Assembly: GCF_000143415.4 (NCBI RefSeq)
Contig: NW_003314328.1
Coordinates: 955,626 to 1,019,625 of the forward strand
DNA: 64,000 nt
Origin: Selaginella moellendorffii
Lineage: Eukaryota; Plantae; Lycopodiophyta
Reading direction: 5' to 3'
Position numbers and translations under genes: made by a program. The notes under the pieces are model-generated. The model did not search any database, had not been told where the DNA came from, and saw only the letters and a program-made list of their open reading frames with translations. Every line of letters starts with the position of its first letter. Positions within the stretch are counted from its first letter, which is position 1. Below, in pieces: positions 24,270-35,170 of this stretch.

Positions 24270-24695
24270 GGAGGGATACATTTGCAAGGCGAGGTTGGAG
24301 AGGTAGCGATCGAGCTCGTAGGTTCCTTCCATTCAGCTGAAACCAAACCCTAACGAAATACCCCAACTCAACTGGCATTAAGCCGCTAGCATGACTCTCG
24401 TCCTCACAAACAAGCTGGGATAGCGTTTATGAGCGGAGCTGGAGCATTCATCTAAACCTGCACTCTAGAACCTTGTTCAGCTGCTCTATCTTCACGAAGA
24501 CGTTCCGAGCATCCTCTCGAAATACTGTACATCTAAAGAGGTGCCTGTGCGGGGAACTAACTCAAGTGTGCCTTGAGATGCTTGATCTTCTGCCTCGAAT
24601 CAACGACCAAGCATTCGATCACGACCAGCGTTCCATCGTCCAGCTTTTTTTGTATGTAGAGGTGAAACTATGATCAAGAGCTTTGATCGTAACAA
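24270..24695 (-). pseudogene. Unknown gene/PPR fragment (inverted relative to 18005 and 25465 copies)
   Basis: TYELDRYLSNLALQMY is PPR-like; the reverse complement aligns with 25465-25935. Confidence 0.55.
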
Positions 24696-24784
24696 GGAAT
24701 GGCAAGGACAGGATGCACGGGAACTCCCACTGAGGCCGTATCAGCACAAGTGGCAGCCGCATTCTTGAGCTTGAGCTTTCCGTT

Positions 24785-25389
24785 TCAAAGTCGTGGCAGC
24801 ATGACTCCGCCGGAGGCAATCCCAGCCACGCTCCACCGCCGCTTGGATTCAAGGCCAGCCACGGGAGGGAGCAATCCCCGGAATATCGCTTTGCAGCAAA
24901 CACAGCCTTCCGTTGTTTTCTGCAAGGGCGCAGACAGTTCACTTCCAAACCATACCTGATTATCAGACGCGTTCCTGTTCCAGACGCTCAAAATGTCCTC
25001 CCCGAAACGAATGCTCAGCACCGCTCCACAGAGGCTGTCACTGTATTCGAGTTGATCTCCGATCATTGCGAGCACCTGTGAGAATTTAAAAAAAAAACAT
25101 TTTTAGCCGGTCACAAACTTGAGAAGAAGTGAGAAACAAAAAAGGGAGAGAAAGAATGACTATACCAAGTCCTCCCAGAATCGACCGGATACGATCTTCT
25201 TAAAGCGAACAATCCATTTTCCACCGTTTCGATTTGCAGTATCCTGACGAGAGAGAAAATAAAGGATTGTATCTAAGAAAAAAAAGGATGGACCGAGAAA
25301 TTCTATACCTCCCACAGTGGTCTTATTCCCTCTTTGAAGAGATGAAAGCAATCGACGAAGCTCCTCCCGCTACTCCCTTCCAGCGCCAT
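24785..25389 (-). pseudogene. nCBP: Truncated/chimeric nCBP duplicate with an open reading frame
   Basis: Copy of 17075-17883 with a 346-bp and a 4-bp deletion. Reads MALEGSSGRSFVDCFHLFKEGIRPLWE|DTAN...|VLAMIG...DNQ, then novel sequence to a stop at 24785. Confidence 0.8.
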
Positions 25390-25464
25390 TTTTAGGGCCT
25401 TATGATCTTTGTTAAAGAGCTCTAAATGTTACTTTTTAACAGGACCTTTTAGGGCTTCACTGGA

Positions 25465-26030
25465 AAGATACGATCAAAGCTCTCGATCATAGTTTCACAG
25501 ACTTTTCCTCGCAGGAATACAAGAATGATATCGCGCTCAAATTCTTGGTCGTCGATCCGAAGGAGACCAAGGCAAGCACACTTGAGTTACTTCCTCTCAC
25601 AGGCATCTCTTTAGATGTATGGGAAGTGCATGTCTTTCTGCGGGAATGTCTTCGTGAAGATAGAGGAGCCGAACATGGTTGCATTCTAGAGTGTGGCACT
25701 CGAGCAGTTTGCTCTGGCACCGCTTGTAAACGCTATCCCAGCTTGTTTGTGTGGACGAGATTCATGGAAACGCGCTACTAGTGGCTTAGTCCCGGTTGAG
25801 TTGGACAACAACCGAGACAACTCAGTGTTTGCCTTCTATGGAGGAAAGCGAGATGTCACAGACAGAAGGATCTCCAAGAGTGATCTTCCTCATTTCAGCT
25901 GAATTCGTTAGAATTTGGGTTCAGCTGAATGGCTGTTAGGGACCGAACTTTTAAGGTCCTGCCGCGATGCCAAGGATCTTTCCCAGGCCATGAGTGTACA
26001 TGCTTCCAAGTTACGAGCTTGATCGCTACT
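25465..26030 (+). pseudogene. Unknown gene fragment plus PPR N-terminal fragment (copy of 18005-18560)
   Basis: EYKNDIALKFLVVDP...KRYPSLFVWTRFMETRY, then LLRSCRDAKDLSQAMSVHAS..YELDRY. Confidence 0.55.
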
Positions 26031-26406
26031 CTGTTGTTTTTCGCAAGGGTTGAATCTTTCCCATCTTCGACAATGCAGGGGCTGTGATGCAACTGGATTC
26101 TTGGATACGGTCCTGAGAACTTTCTGGATATCGTTGCCAGATGGTCCAACTTGAAAGCTTTGATGTAAAGTTGGCTTTTACTTGTTTATTCATTTTCCAA
26201 GTTAATGATTGTTTAGTTTCTTATCTTTTTTCACAGATTTCGAGTGAAATTTGTCTCGGCTATTTGCACCAGTGTTCCTCGTCATGCTGTATATCGAAAA
26301 TCTCTAGCACGGAAGAAAGCTCTCGACTGGATGGTGTTCTTTTCAGACCAGGTACTCTATTCTTTTGTTCCCTTCTAGTGTTCTTAAATGTTGATTCTAG
26401 ACAAAA

Positions 26407-26990
26407 ATGGTGCTGGGGAAGTTAGTTGAGACATTGGCTCTGAACGTGAGAAAGCCTGTGGAGAATTTAGCAGCTGAGCATAACAAGAGACGATCATTCA
26501 CTCGCTCTTCCCATTGCATATGTTTTTAGAGTTTATACAATTGGAATATGTGTTGTTTTCTAGATCCATCCTGGAGCCCGGAAAAACAGCGTTTGAAAAG
26601 GATCGATGTGGTAATCCGTTGAAAAAATTATCTCAATGAGATCTTATGTATCGTGTCAGATTAGCTAAAACAAAACGCGAGCAACTGCAAGACCAATATC
26701 CCGTTCTATGGGGAGCTACACCGAGAGTGACATGTGGTGATCGCCCAAGGATCCCAAGCGCGATCTTATTATCATAGATACGAGTGGGAGGCACAAGCAA
26801 GAGGCTGCTTTGTTCGAAGACTTGCTGACGCTACAAAGCCACCCTTGATCGTTTTTGTGATGGATAGAAGCATTGGACAAGCTCTTGCTTGCTGATCAAG
26901 CTGTTACGTTCAAAGCGAGTGCCCAAGTTGACGCTGTTATCATCACGAAGATCGTGGTTCTTGTTTATCCTTTCAGAGTTGCTGCTCATA
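26407..26990 (+). pseudogene. SRP54: SRP54 pseudogene fragment (a2)
   Basis: IPFYGSYTESD, DLIIIDTSGRHKQEAALFE, VMDRSIGQA, AVIITKI; disrupted. Confidence 0.85.
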
Positions 26991-27076
26991 GATATCTAGA
27001 AGACAAGACGACATTTATATGGATATTCCGTCCCTCGTTTAGGGAAAGCTTGCTTCGTCAAGGATCTCTCCCAATG

Positions 27077-27460
27077 AAAGAAGTTTCCCAGATTTTAAAC
27101 TTGCAATTGGAACAAACAGGGGTGTTCTCGCCCGCAGCTGCTTCTTTTCCTCCCGCAGCTGCTTCCTCTTCCAAGAGACAAAGAAAACGAGGAGAAAGAA
27201 AGCTGTTATTGCTCAAGAATTTCACTCAAAGCTCGGCTTATATGGAGCGCCCTAACAAGAAAGTATCTCGAGTTTCTTCGATTGCTCGCGATTAATATAC
27301 TTCATGATCAAAGCAAACAGTCACACAAGAATGAAAAAGTGAGTAAGATGACCAGGTTCCAACGCCTGCTGTGTCGAGTGGCAAGCCTTCAGCTTCATTT
27401 GCAAAAAATGGTTTTCTTCTTGAGTTTTTGTCGGAGGAAATAAAAGGATTATGACCATGA
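27077..27460 (-). repeat. Second inverted copy of RSL upstream region
   Basis: Matches 19642-20037 and the reverse complement of about 14375-14920, with indels. Confidence 0.8.
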
Positions 27461-27551
27461 ACATGAACTTTGCATCTCGAAAACTAGCCTGAAACAATGT
27501 GAAAACAATGAAATGGAAATCCATCTAGAGAGGTCGAACACTCACAAGGAT

Positions 27552-29617
27552 TTACATGTACTTTACAGAGCCATTCGCGTCTTCGAGCCAGCGGGAGATG
27601 TAAGTCGCTATGATCCTCTGACCCGCTTGTGCAGCCTCCGGGTCGGCACACTTCGAGGTGTTTCCTGCAAGGATATATACACATGCCATCAAATGTGAGT
27701 AATGGAATCCATGGGTTTACCTCGGATTTGAGGCGGGGACTGCGGACAGCCTAGCATATCAACTCCATGACCGCAGTTTTGACACTTTATCACATATGCG
27801 GGCTCTGCAATTGCATCAAAAGCTGATTTGAAACAACATAGCTTATGATGGCTCTCTTACCATTGCGGGAAGAAGTTTGCTTGGAGGCATGACGCCAAGG
27901 ATCTTGGGAACCGTTCATGAACAAAATCTTATCTCCTACAACAAACAAAGGATGAATGATGGCTGCCAACGGACAACATCAACTGGGAAATACCTCTGAT
28001 CTTGTTTCCCCCGTAGCAAAGGTTAGTGTCATCGACTTCTGGGAATGTGCCGTTCCCGAAGACGTTGGAGCATAAATCCAAATGGTACCTGCACAAGCAG
28101 CAGGACATTGGATAAGATGATACAGCTTATGAGTACGTACTTGACATTGATGAGAGCAGAGCGAATGCTATTGTTTGCAGGCGCCACTTGAAAGTACCCC
28201 AATTCGGTGCACATTTGGTACCACCCTAATCTATCACCTACAAGCAGACCATCAGCAAAAACTCAAGCTCAACGCTAGACTTACTCGAATGATCTCCTGC
28301 AGCCAAGTTTTCTTTCAAGTGCTTTTGATCATAAGTATTGATGCTCGATTTAAATGTGTCTATGTAGTAATCTTTGACATACTTCGCATACACAGCCTGA
28401 ACGACAAGAAAATTATCTGCAGCGGCATCACTTTCACGCACATACCAGTAGATCCTCGTCACGTTTATACGCAGCAACAAGTGGCGAACACAAGATTTCT
28501 GGATTACCATACTGAAACTGCGTAAGAAAAAGAAAATATCAGGCGGCAGAGGAAAGAACTAAATTATACCGCAGTGGTCGCAGCCTCAGCTAGCAAATAC
28601 AGGAAATCTCCATCCACGTCGAGCTGCAAAGTTTAATCGGCGTGAGATCTAAGACTGACCAGAAGTTACCTGTTCAGCATTGAACAATGCTTTCGTAGAC
28701 ACAGAGTTTTTCTTCAGGCCTTGCTCTGCTAAACGGGTCACGGCACGCAAAGCAGCGCTACAGGTAGCACCGGCGGATTCGGCAACCTGCAGGTGTATAC
28801 GAACGCTTGGAGATAAAATCAAGGAAAAGATGGTAAAGGCTTTCCTGCTCGTCGAGCTTAGTGAACTCGAAAATTGCTTGGACAATACCAGAGCTTGCAA
28901 CGCTTCCAACCGCTAAATGTGGAAACTTCAGCTTAAACCAGGCACTCAATGCTCCAGCGTATGACCATCCAATTACGATCCAAGGATTGTCCCTGGTAGA
29001 GTTGGTCCTATGATTAATCAGGTCCTGCAACACAGCCTCTATTCAAGTCGTGAAACTATATGAAATAGCTGCCACCTGGTAGTATTCACGAAATGCTGCG
29101 AGATCGAAAAGAGCCTGCTTGGAAGATAGATAAATCAAGTTCTCTGTCGCGTGAATTTTGAATGGCGAGCTTTGTCCATAGTATCGGTGCTCAAGAGAAA
29201 CAATCGCGGCTCCAAACCTTTTCGCTAGCACCTTGACACCGCAGGTAAGAAAAGCGATCCAGTTCAATCGAGCAAAAAGTTTTCTTACCGCACTGTAATC
29301 GTTTTGGATCCCTACACACGGTCCCTCGGGACATATCTTGAGAAACACTGGCCCGTTGGGAGCATCGAAGTAGTCCGTAAACTCATAGTAGCGCTGAGAA
29401 AAAGTTCTATCGTCCTGCAAAGATCGAGCACGTAAAAACCCAATCTCTCGAAGAACAAACAAAGAAAATTTCCCACTTGAGTCGCATAGTGATCCAGAGT
29501 CTGTGTGTACCAATGAGCATCAGTCGTCAATAGCGCATCGCTGCGATGCAGCGTGGCGTGGAACGAGACGCCGGCACAGGTCGACACCAGCAAGAAAATG
29601 CACCAAATCTTCTCCAT
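27552..29617 (-). CDS. S28 serine peptidase paralog (second inverted duplicate); GA donor at intron 4 (possible pseudogene)
   Basis: Exons collinear with 20132-22169; no frameshift or stop seen. Intron 28844-28787 is GA-AG. Confidence 0.75.
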
Positions 29618-29832
29618 CTCGGGATCCAGAGAGAAATCTCGCGCTTCCAATCCTACGCGTAAGCCAGAGAGAAATCTTGCGCTTCCAATCCTACTCGTAC
29701 CTCGGCGCATTCATCGTCTGCTCGATCCCGCCATTCCCAAAAGATAAACTCTGGGTAGATGGTCTCCCTCAACTTGGCGTGATCGGTAAGTTCACTCAAG
29801 CAAGACTGACTTCTTCAAAATATAACACTACT

Positions 29833-30372
29833 TAAGATCTGCCGAATTGTGGACCTTGAGATGCAATGTAGCATCAGCATTGCTCACATCCATGTCGCTG
29901 ATGGTGCTGGCCGCGCTCTCGACGGACATGTTACAGCCAAAACGTCGCCCTCCAATAACACAAAAATGAGATGAGAAGAACCTACTGAAGTTGTAAAGCA
30001 GCCAGCCGTCCGATATTCCTCAGGACACTATTTGATTCAGTCCTGACCGTCCGCCACGAAAAGACTTGAATGAACTGCTCCCAGGACGCCAGTGGAGAAT
30101 GGGGGCGCTGTCAAGGATCCAGGCGCTAAGTTTACACTCCTCCCGTGAAGCTAAATAGATAGAGGGGCTGGAGGGATTGACTCGGAGAATTGAGCGGCGT
30201 CCAGCAAAGCAGTGGCCGGCTTCATGGACACTATAGAGACTCGGAGGTTGCTCAGAAACAATCGCATATGAAGCATGAGATCGGATTCTTTTCTTTTTTT
30301 TTCTTTGCTGATCGTACTCTGCTATTAACTTGTACTTGGAATTCCAGTAATTCTGTATGGATTGTAACACTT
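29833..30372. pseudogene. NAT12: NAT12 exon-1/promoter fragments in both orientations
   Basis: 29833-30064 matches 10803-10900, 11355-11410 and 11555-11605 directly. 30075-30372 is the reverse complement of about 10425-10795 (SGVQQSSGRLHGHYRDSEV). Confidence 0.85.
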
Positions 30373-30423
30373 TGCTTTAAAAGTACAAACATTTATCTTA
30401 TAGCTGTTTAGGGTTTAGACAAA

Positions 30424-31730
30424 ATGGTGCTCGGTTGTCCTGTGACCAACTGTGTCAACGAGATCACGCACGCTCTACTGTAAGCAAACGTGTAATTCAA
30501 ATTAGTTCAGACATTGGCTCTGAACGTGAATGTGAGGAGGTCTTTGGAGAATCTGGCAGGGCACCACAAGAAGCACATCATTCACAAGGCATTCCCATTA
30601 CTATTTTCTCAGATTTTGGATACAATTGGATACTTATGTGTTAGTTTTCTAGACTGTATTTAGCGGTAATGCTGGATTGCAATGAAAAATTATCTCAATA
30701 AAGAGATTATATATCGCGCTAAATTCCAGGCTCTGGAAAAACTACAACCTGTACCAAATATGCTGCTTACATTCAGACCGGCCCTGGTTTGTGCCGATAC
30801 TTTCAGGGCTTTGATCAGCTAAAACAAAACGTATTTTGATACCGTTTTATGGGAGCTATACCGAGAGCGATTCAGTGGTGATCGCCCAACAAGGAGTGGA
30901 AGCTTTCAGGGTGCCAAGCGCAATCTTATTATCATAAACATGAGCGGGAGGCACAAGCAAGACGCTGCTTTATTCGAAGAGATGCGTCAACTTGCTGTTG
31001 CTCCGAAGCCGGACTTGATAGTTTTTGTGATGGACGGATCAAGCTCTTGCGTTCAAGGAGAGTGCCCAAGTTGGCGCTGTTATCATCATGGTAAAGGTGG
31101 CGGCGCTCTTAATGCGTAAGTATTCCCTTTTGTAAGACAATGTGCATGTGGTTCTAACTTGTTTGTTCCTTTCAGAGTTGCTGCCACCAAAAGTCCCATA
31201 ATATTCCTGGGGACTGGAGAGAGGCTGAACGATTTGGAGGTGTTTGAGTTCAGATCTTTTGCGAGCACGTTACTTGGTATGGCAGATTTGAAGGGGCTGA
31301 TGGACAAGATCAAGAATACTGTGATGAGCGACGAATCAGAGCTGATGGAGAAGTTCGCGAAGGGAACTATCAGTTTTAAGTTCTTGTGTGACCAACTTGA
31401 AAACATTTCGAGCATGGGATCGCTGAGTGAGGTCATGGTCATGATTCCCGGGCTTAGTATGCAAAATATCAAGTTGGAAAAGAGTGAGCTGAGCACAAGG
31501 AAGTGCAAAATAATTCTAAACTCTATGACGAACAAAGGCTTATTTCTTATATGTTTACTAACTGAAGTGCTTGATTCTAGAGGGAGAGTTCTAATTTGTT
31601 TGAGTCTCAGATACATAGAATCGCAAAGGGCTCAAAAAGGAATATTGGTGAGGTTAAACAAATGGTGGATCAAGTCAAGCTGTTCTCCAAACACAACAAA
31701 AAAGATGGCATGCTCAACAATGAAAATAGG
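30424..31730 (+). pseudogene. SRP54: SRP54 pseudogene (b2, most complete copy)
   Basis: P-loop [69 protein letters not shown]; multiple deletions and frameshifts. Confidence 0.9.
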
Positions 31731-31859
31731 CTTCATTAAAATAAAGATAAAGAAAAGTGCTATTTAAAAAATGTGAGTGCTTGATATTAGTATACAGCAT
31801 CGTAGCTGTACACTTCACAAAATGAAAAAAAATGAAAGAAAGTTAAAATTGCAAGCATT

Positions 31860-32495
31860 TTAAGTATATTCTTCAAGCTCGATTAAGAATCGCCACTCGC
31901 GGCTGCCGTGTGGTACTCGGCCTGGATCGCCTCTCGCAATTACGCCGCGAGCTCGTTGTAGCTTGAAATCGCTCTCATCCGTGGCTCCTCCTCCTCTCGC
32001 AATGCCCGGCGATTCTAGCCTGCAAAATCGATGCGAGCAATCGGTTAGAACGAGACGATCCCAAGAAACAACGCTCCATTCAAAAGAGGAAGAATCGCTG
32101 CCAATCGACGACGACGATGCGGGACTGGTGCTCTCGGGATCGTCATTGATAGCTCGCATTGCCTGATCACCATGATCAGCGATGTGAATCGCCGAGGTAT
32201 TACGGCCGCTAGAGTTTTCCAGGGAGGAGGAACCTCTGGTGCCGCCGCCAATCCCTGCTGCCGTGATCGCACAAAGTCGAGCTCCGAGGGTCCTGCGCTC
32301 CTATCGCCACGGTGTGATTGATCGTGTACACGCCAGACAGCGACGCGGATTCCTGCCTCCTCCTCTCAAGCTTCGCGATCTTCTTGGAACTCATCGCGAT
32401 CGCCTGGAACACCTGTAGGGCACACATAAGCGATCGGAATCCGACACATTCATCGCCCGGATTCTCACCGCGGCGTCCCGCCCGAGCTTCCTCCT
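31860..32495 (-). pseudogene. Duplicate of the UVR-like fragmented gene
   Basis: Homologous to 23510-24060, with a premature stop. Confidence 0.35.
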
Positions 32496-33366
32496 CGTTA
32501 CGTTAAATGAAATACCGACGTGGAAAGTCTGATGTGGGATATATTCCTTAAAATGTGGCCAGACCATAGGAGGAGGAGGAGGAGGACGGGCGAAGATATC
32601 GCCCGTCGAGGAGAAGGACGAGCCGATCGTGATCGGCGTTCGTTACCTCTGGTTAGATCGTTGGTGGCTTTGTAGCTCGCAGCTGCTGCTCGGACGAGAG
32701 GAGATGCTGCTCGAATCGGGTGGAGGGATACATTTGCAAGGCGAGATTGGAGAGGTAGCGATCGAGCTCGTAGGTTCCTTCCATTCAGCTGAAACCAAAC
32801 CCTAACGAAATACTCCAACTCAACTGGCATTAAGCTGCTAGCATCGCATTTCCATGACTCTCGTCCTCACAAACAAGCTGGGATAGTGTTTATGAGCGGA
32901 GCTGGAGCATTCATCTAAACCCGCACTCTAAAACCTTGTTCAGCTGCTGTATATTCACGAAGATGTTCCGAGCATCCTCTCGAAATACTGTACATCTAAA
33001 GAGATGCCTGTGCGGGGAACTAACTCAAGTGTGCCTTGAGATGCTTGATCTTCTGCCTCGAATCAACGACCATTCGATCTCAACTAGCGTTCCATCGTCC
33101 AGCTTTTTTCATATGTAGAGGTGAAACTATGATCAAGAGCTTTGATCGTAACAAGGAATGGCAAGGACAGGATGCACGGGAACTCCCACTGAGGCCGTAT
33201 CAGCACAAGTGGCAGCCGCATTCTTGAGCTTGAGCTTTCCGTTTCAAAGTCGTGGCAGCATGACTCCACCGGAGGCAATCCCAGCCACGCTCCACTGCCG
33301 CTTGGATTCAAGGCCAGCCACGGGAGGGAGCAATCCCCGGAATATCGCTTTGCAGCAAACATAGCC

Positions 33367-33870
33367 TTCTGTTGTTTTTTGCAAGGGCTGAATCTTTCCC
33401 CATTCTCAAATCCTTTGACAGTCATGCTCGGTGGTAGATATCTTGGAAATGGTCTTGATCATGAGAGCTTCGTGGATTGTGTCACTGTTCCACCAGTCCA
33501 TGATCCACAAGGCGGAACAGCCACACAATGTGGCCAGGTCCACAAAGCTCAAGAGAGGCCTTGTTGTTGATTGGGAACCATCACTCTTGGTGGCGTTGCT
33601 GCCCCGATCTATCAGCTACCATGTCGTTGATCATGCGCTGGAGATTGACATACCTGTCAATGTTCACGGCCACCATTGTCTTAGATCAGTAGAGCTAGTA
33701 AAACTGATTGTATCCTTGATCATCCCAGATATTCCAAGGGATCTGCCTTCACAGGCCCCTTGGTGTTCCAGGATACGAGATTCCTGTACGGCACAAAACC
33801 CAAGAATTTCAATATGTACGACACGACGTTCTAGTTTCAAGATTCCTGTCTTGGGCAAAAGCATATATTA
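33367..33870. pseudogene. F-box gene fragments in both orientations
   Basis: 33380-33495(+) and 33510-33556(-) align with the F-box N-terminus at 38640-38750 (LSFVDLATL). ESRILEHQG and DNGG resemble SRLWEHNG and DNGG of 37595-38305. Confidence 0.6.
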
Positions 33871-34253
33871 TTGTGTTAAAAGAGAACGCCTCTGAAAGCC
33901 ATTCTACCAAAGAGATCCTTAGCACGGTCCCAAAGCCCACATTTCGCACTCAAACATACTATTGCGTTCCCTGACACAAAGCTCTCCTCCGGCATCTCGC
34001 AAAAGATTCTCTCCCTATTCAATGTTCCTATTTTCTAGTAAGAAAGTATGTAAAACTAAGGAAAAAAAATCAAAGATGTTTTGAGTTGAGCTGGTTAAAA
34101 AATTTTAAGTGTTTTCAAAATACTTAACTACCATATAGAAATTTATAGATACTTTTAAATTTAATGGTAACACTTTGGTTCTTTAGGCATGAAAAAAAAT
34201 TATTTATTAGCTACACTTGGATTAATGTAACTTAATTTTTTATTTTGGTTAAT

Positions 34254-35170
34254 TGTAAGCCACAAATTTTTCCTTTCCAATTTGCCAACTTACCTCGTCT
34301 ATCCGTCCAACACTGCTTTGGCTTTTGCTAAGTTCCCTCGTCAAGGTTCCCGCCTATAGTACTAGGTCCTACTTGGTCCTACTTGGTTTCAGCTACTCAC
34401 TACACAAGCAACGGAGTGTTAGCCATCCATCCACGGATTCTTAAATCTCTCCCAATCCCCCTCCCCGGGTTAAACTGGACTTAAGGTTCGGCTACACATT
34501 CCATAAGCACAAGTAGCCAAGCACACCAAGTTTCCAGGTTCCTAACATCCCTTGGTACCACAAAACTTGATCATGAGACTCTTTAAATCCTAAGTCTTGG
34601 GTGTAACATTTGCTTCGAGATGCCAGGGTGAAACACCGTGGCCTGACGGCCCGGTATGGGTACCTTTACCCCCCGACTTCCATCCCGAAGGGAAGGTCCA
34701 AGCCCTTAGGAAGGGCGAGGACCAATGAGCCGCATAGTACTCAAATGGGGCACCACTCCATATGAGCTGGGAGCATCGTAGTCGGTTTCCCTTTCAGGAG
34801 TGGGAGATACTCTTGAGCACTTCCTTGGATGGCCCCTCCGACACCAACCAAGCCCACCTCGGTCCCAGTCTCAACCTTAAGTCGGTTTGGAAGCCCCACT
34901 AGAGAGTTCTAGTTCCTTCAAAACTGGTTCCTAGACCTCATTATCCCTACCCCCCCCGGGAGACGCACGCTTTGGGCTTTCACCCCTTGACCCGTATTAG
35001 TACTCGAACTCGGTCTTGGACTCGATCTCGGACTCGATCTCGGACCCGATCTCAGACTCGACTTCGGACTCGACCTCAAACTCGGTCTCAGACCCGATTT
35101 GGATCTCGGACTCTGTCTCGAACTCGGTCTCGAACTCGGTCTCAGAGTCGGTCTTGGACTTGATCTTCGA
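34254..35170 (-). mobile_element. Probable LTR retrotransposon 3' end (PPT plus 3' LTR of about 690 bp), truncated
   Basis: Minus strand: polypurine GGGGGGGGTAGGGATAA (34957-34941), then TGAGG...GGCTTACA (34940-34254). GC-richer block in AT-rich flanks, with a tandem repeat upstream of the PPT. Confidence 0.45.
35003..35170. repeat. Minisatellite, 12-bp unit (CTCGGACTCGAT-like), about 14 copies
   Basis: CTCGGACTCGATCTCGGACCCGATCTCAGACTCGAC... Confidence 0.9.

Larger units (their letters stand above)
17075..24929. repeat. Tandem segmental duplication, unit 1
   Basis: Collinear and near-identical with 24930-33388. Junction at 24929/24930, where GCAAGGGC is joined to nCBP intron sequence matching 17075. 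Confidence 0.92.
24930..33388. repeat. Tandem segmental duplication, unit 2
   Basis: Same order of nCBP 5' / PPR / SRP54 / inverted S28 / SRP54 / UVR-like / PPR segments as unit 1; ends GCAAGGGC at 33388. Confidence 0.92.

Noticed and set aside
35003-35170. Possible CRISPR-like array
   Set aside because: Contiguous repeats with no unique spacers, no cas genes, and a eukaryotic context.
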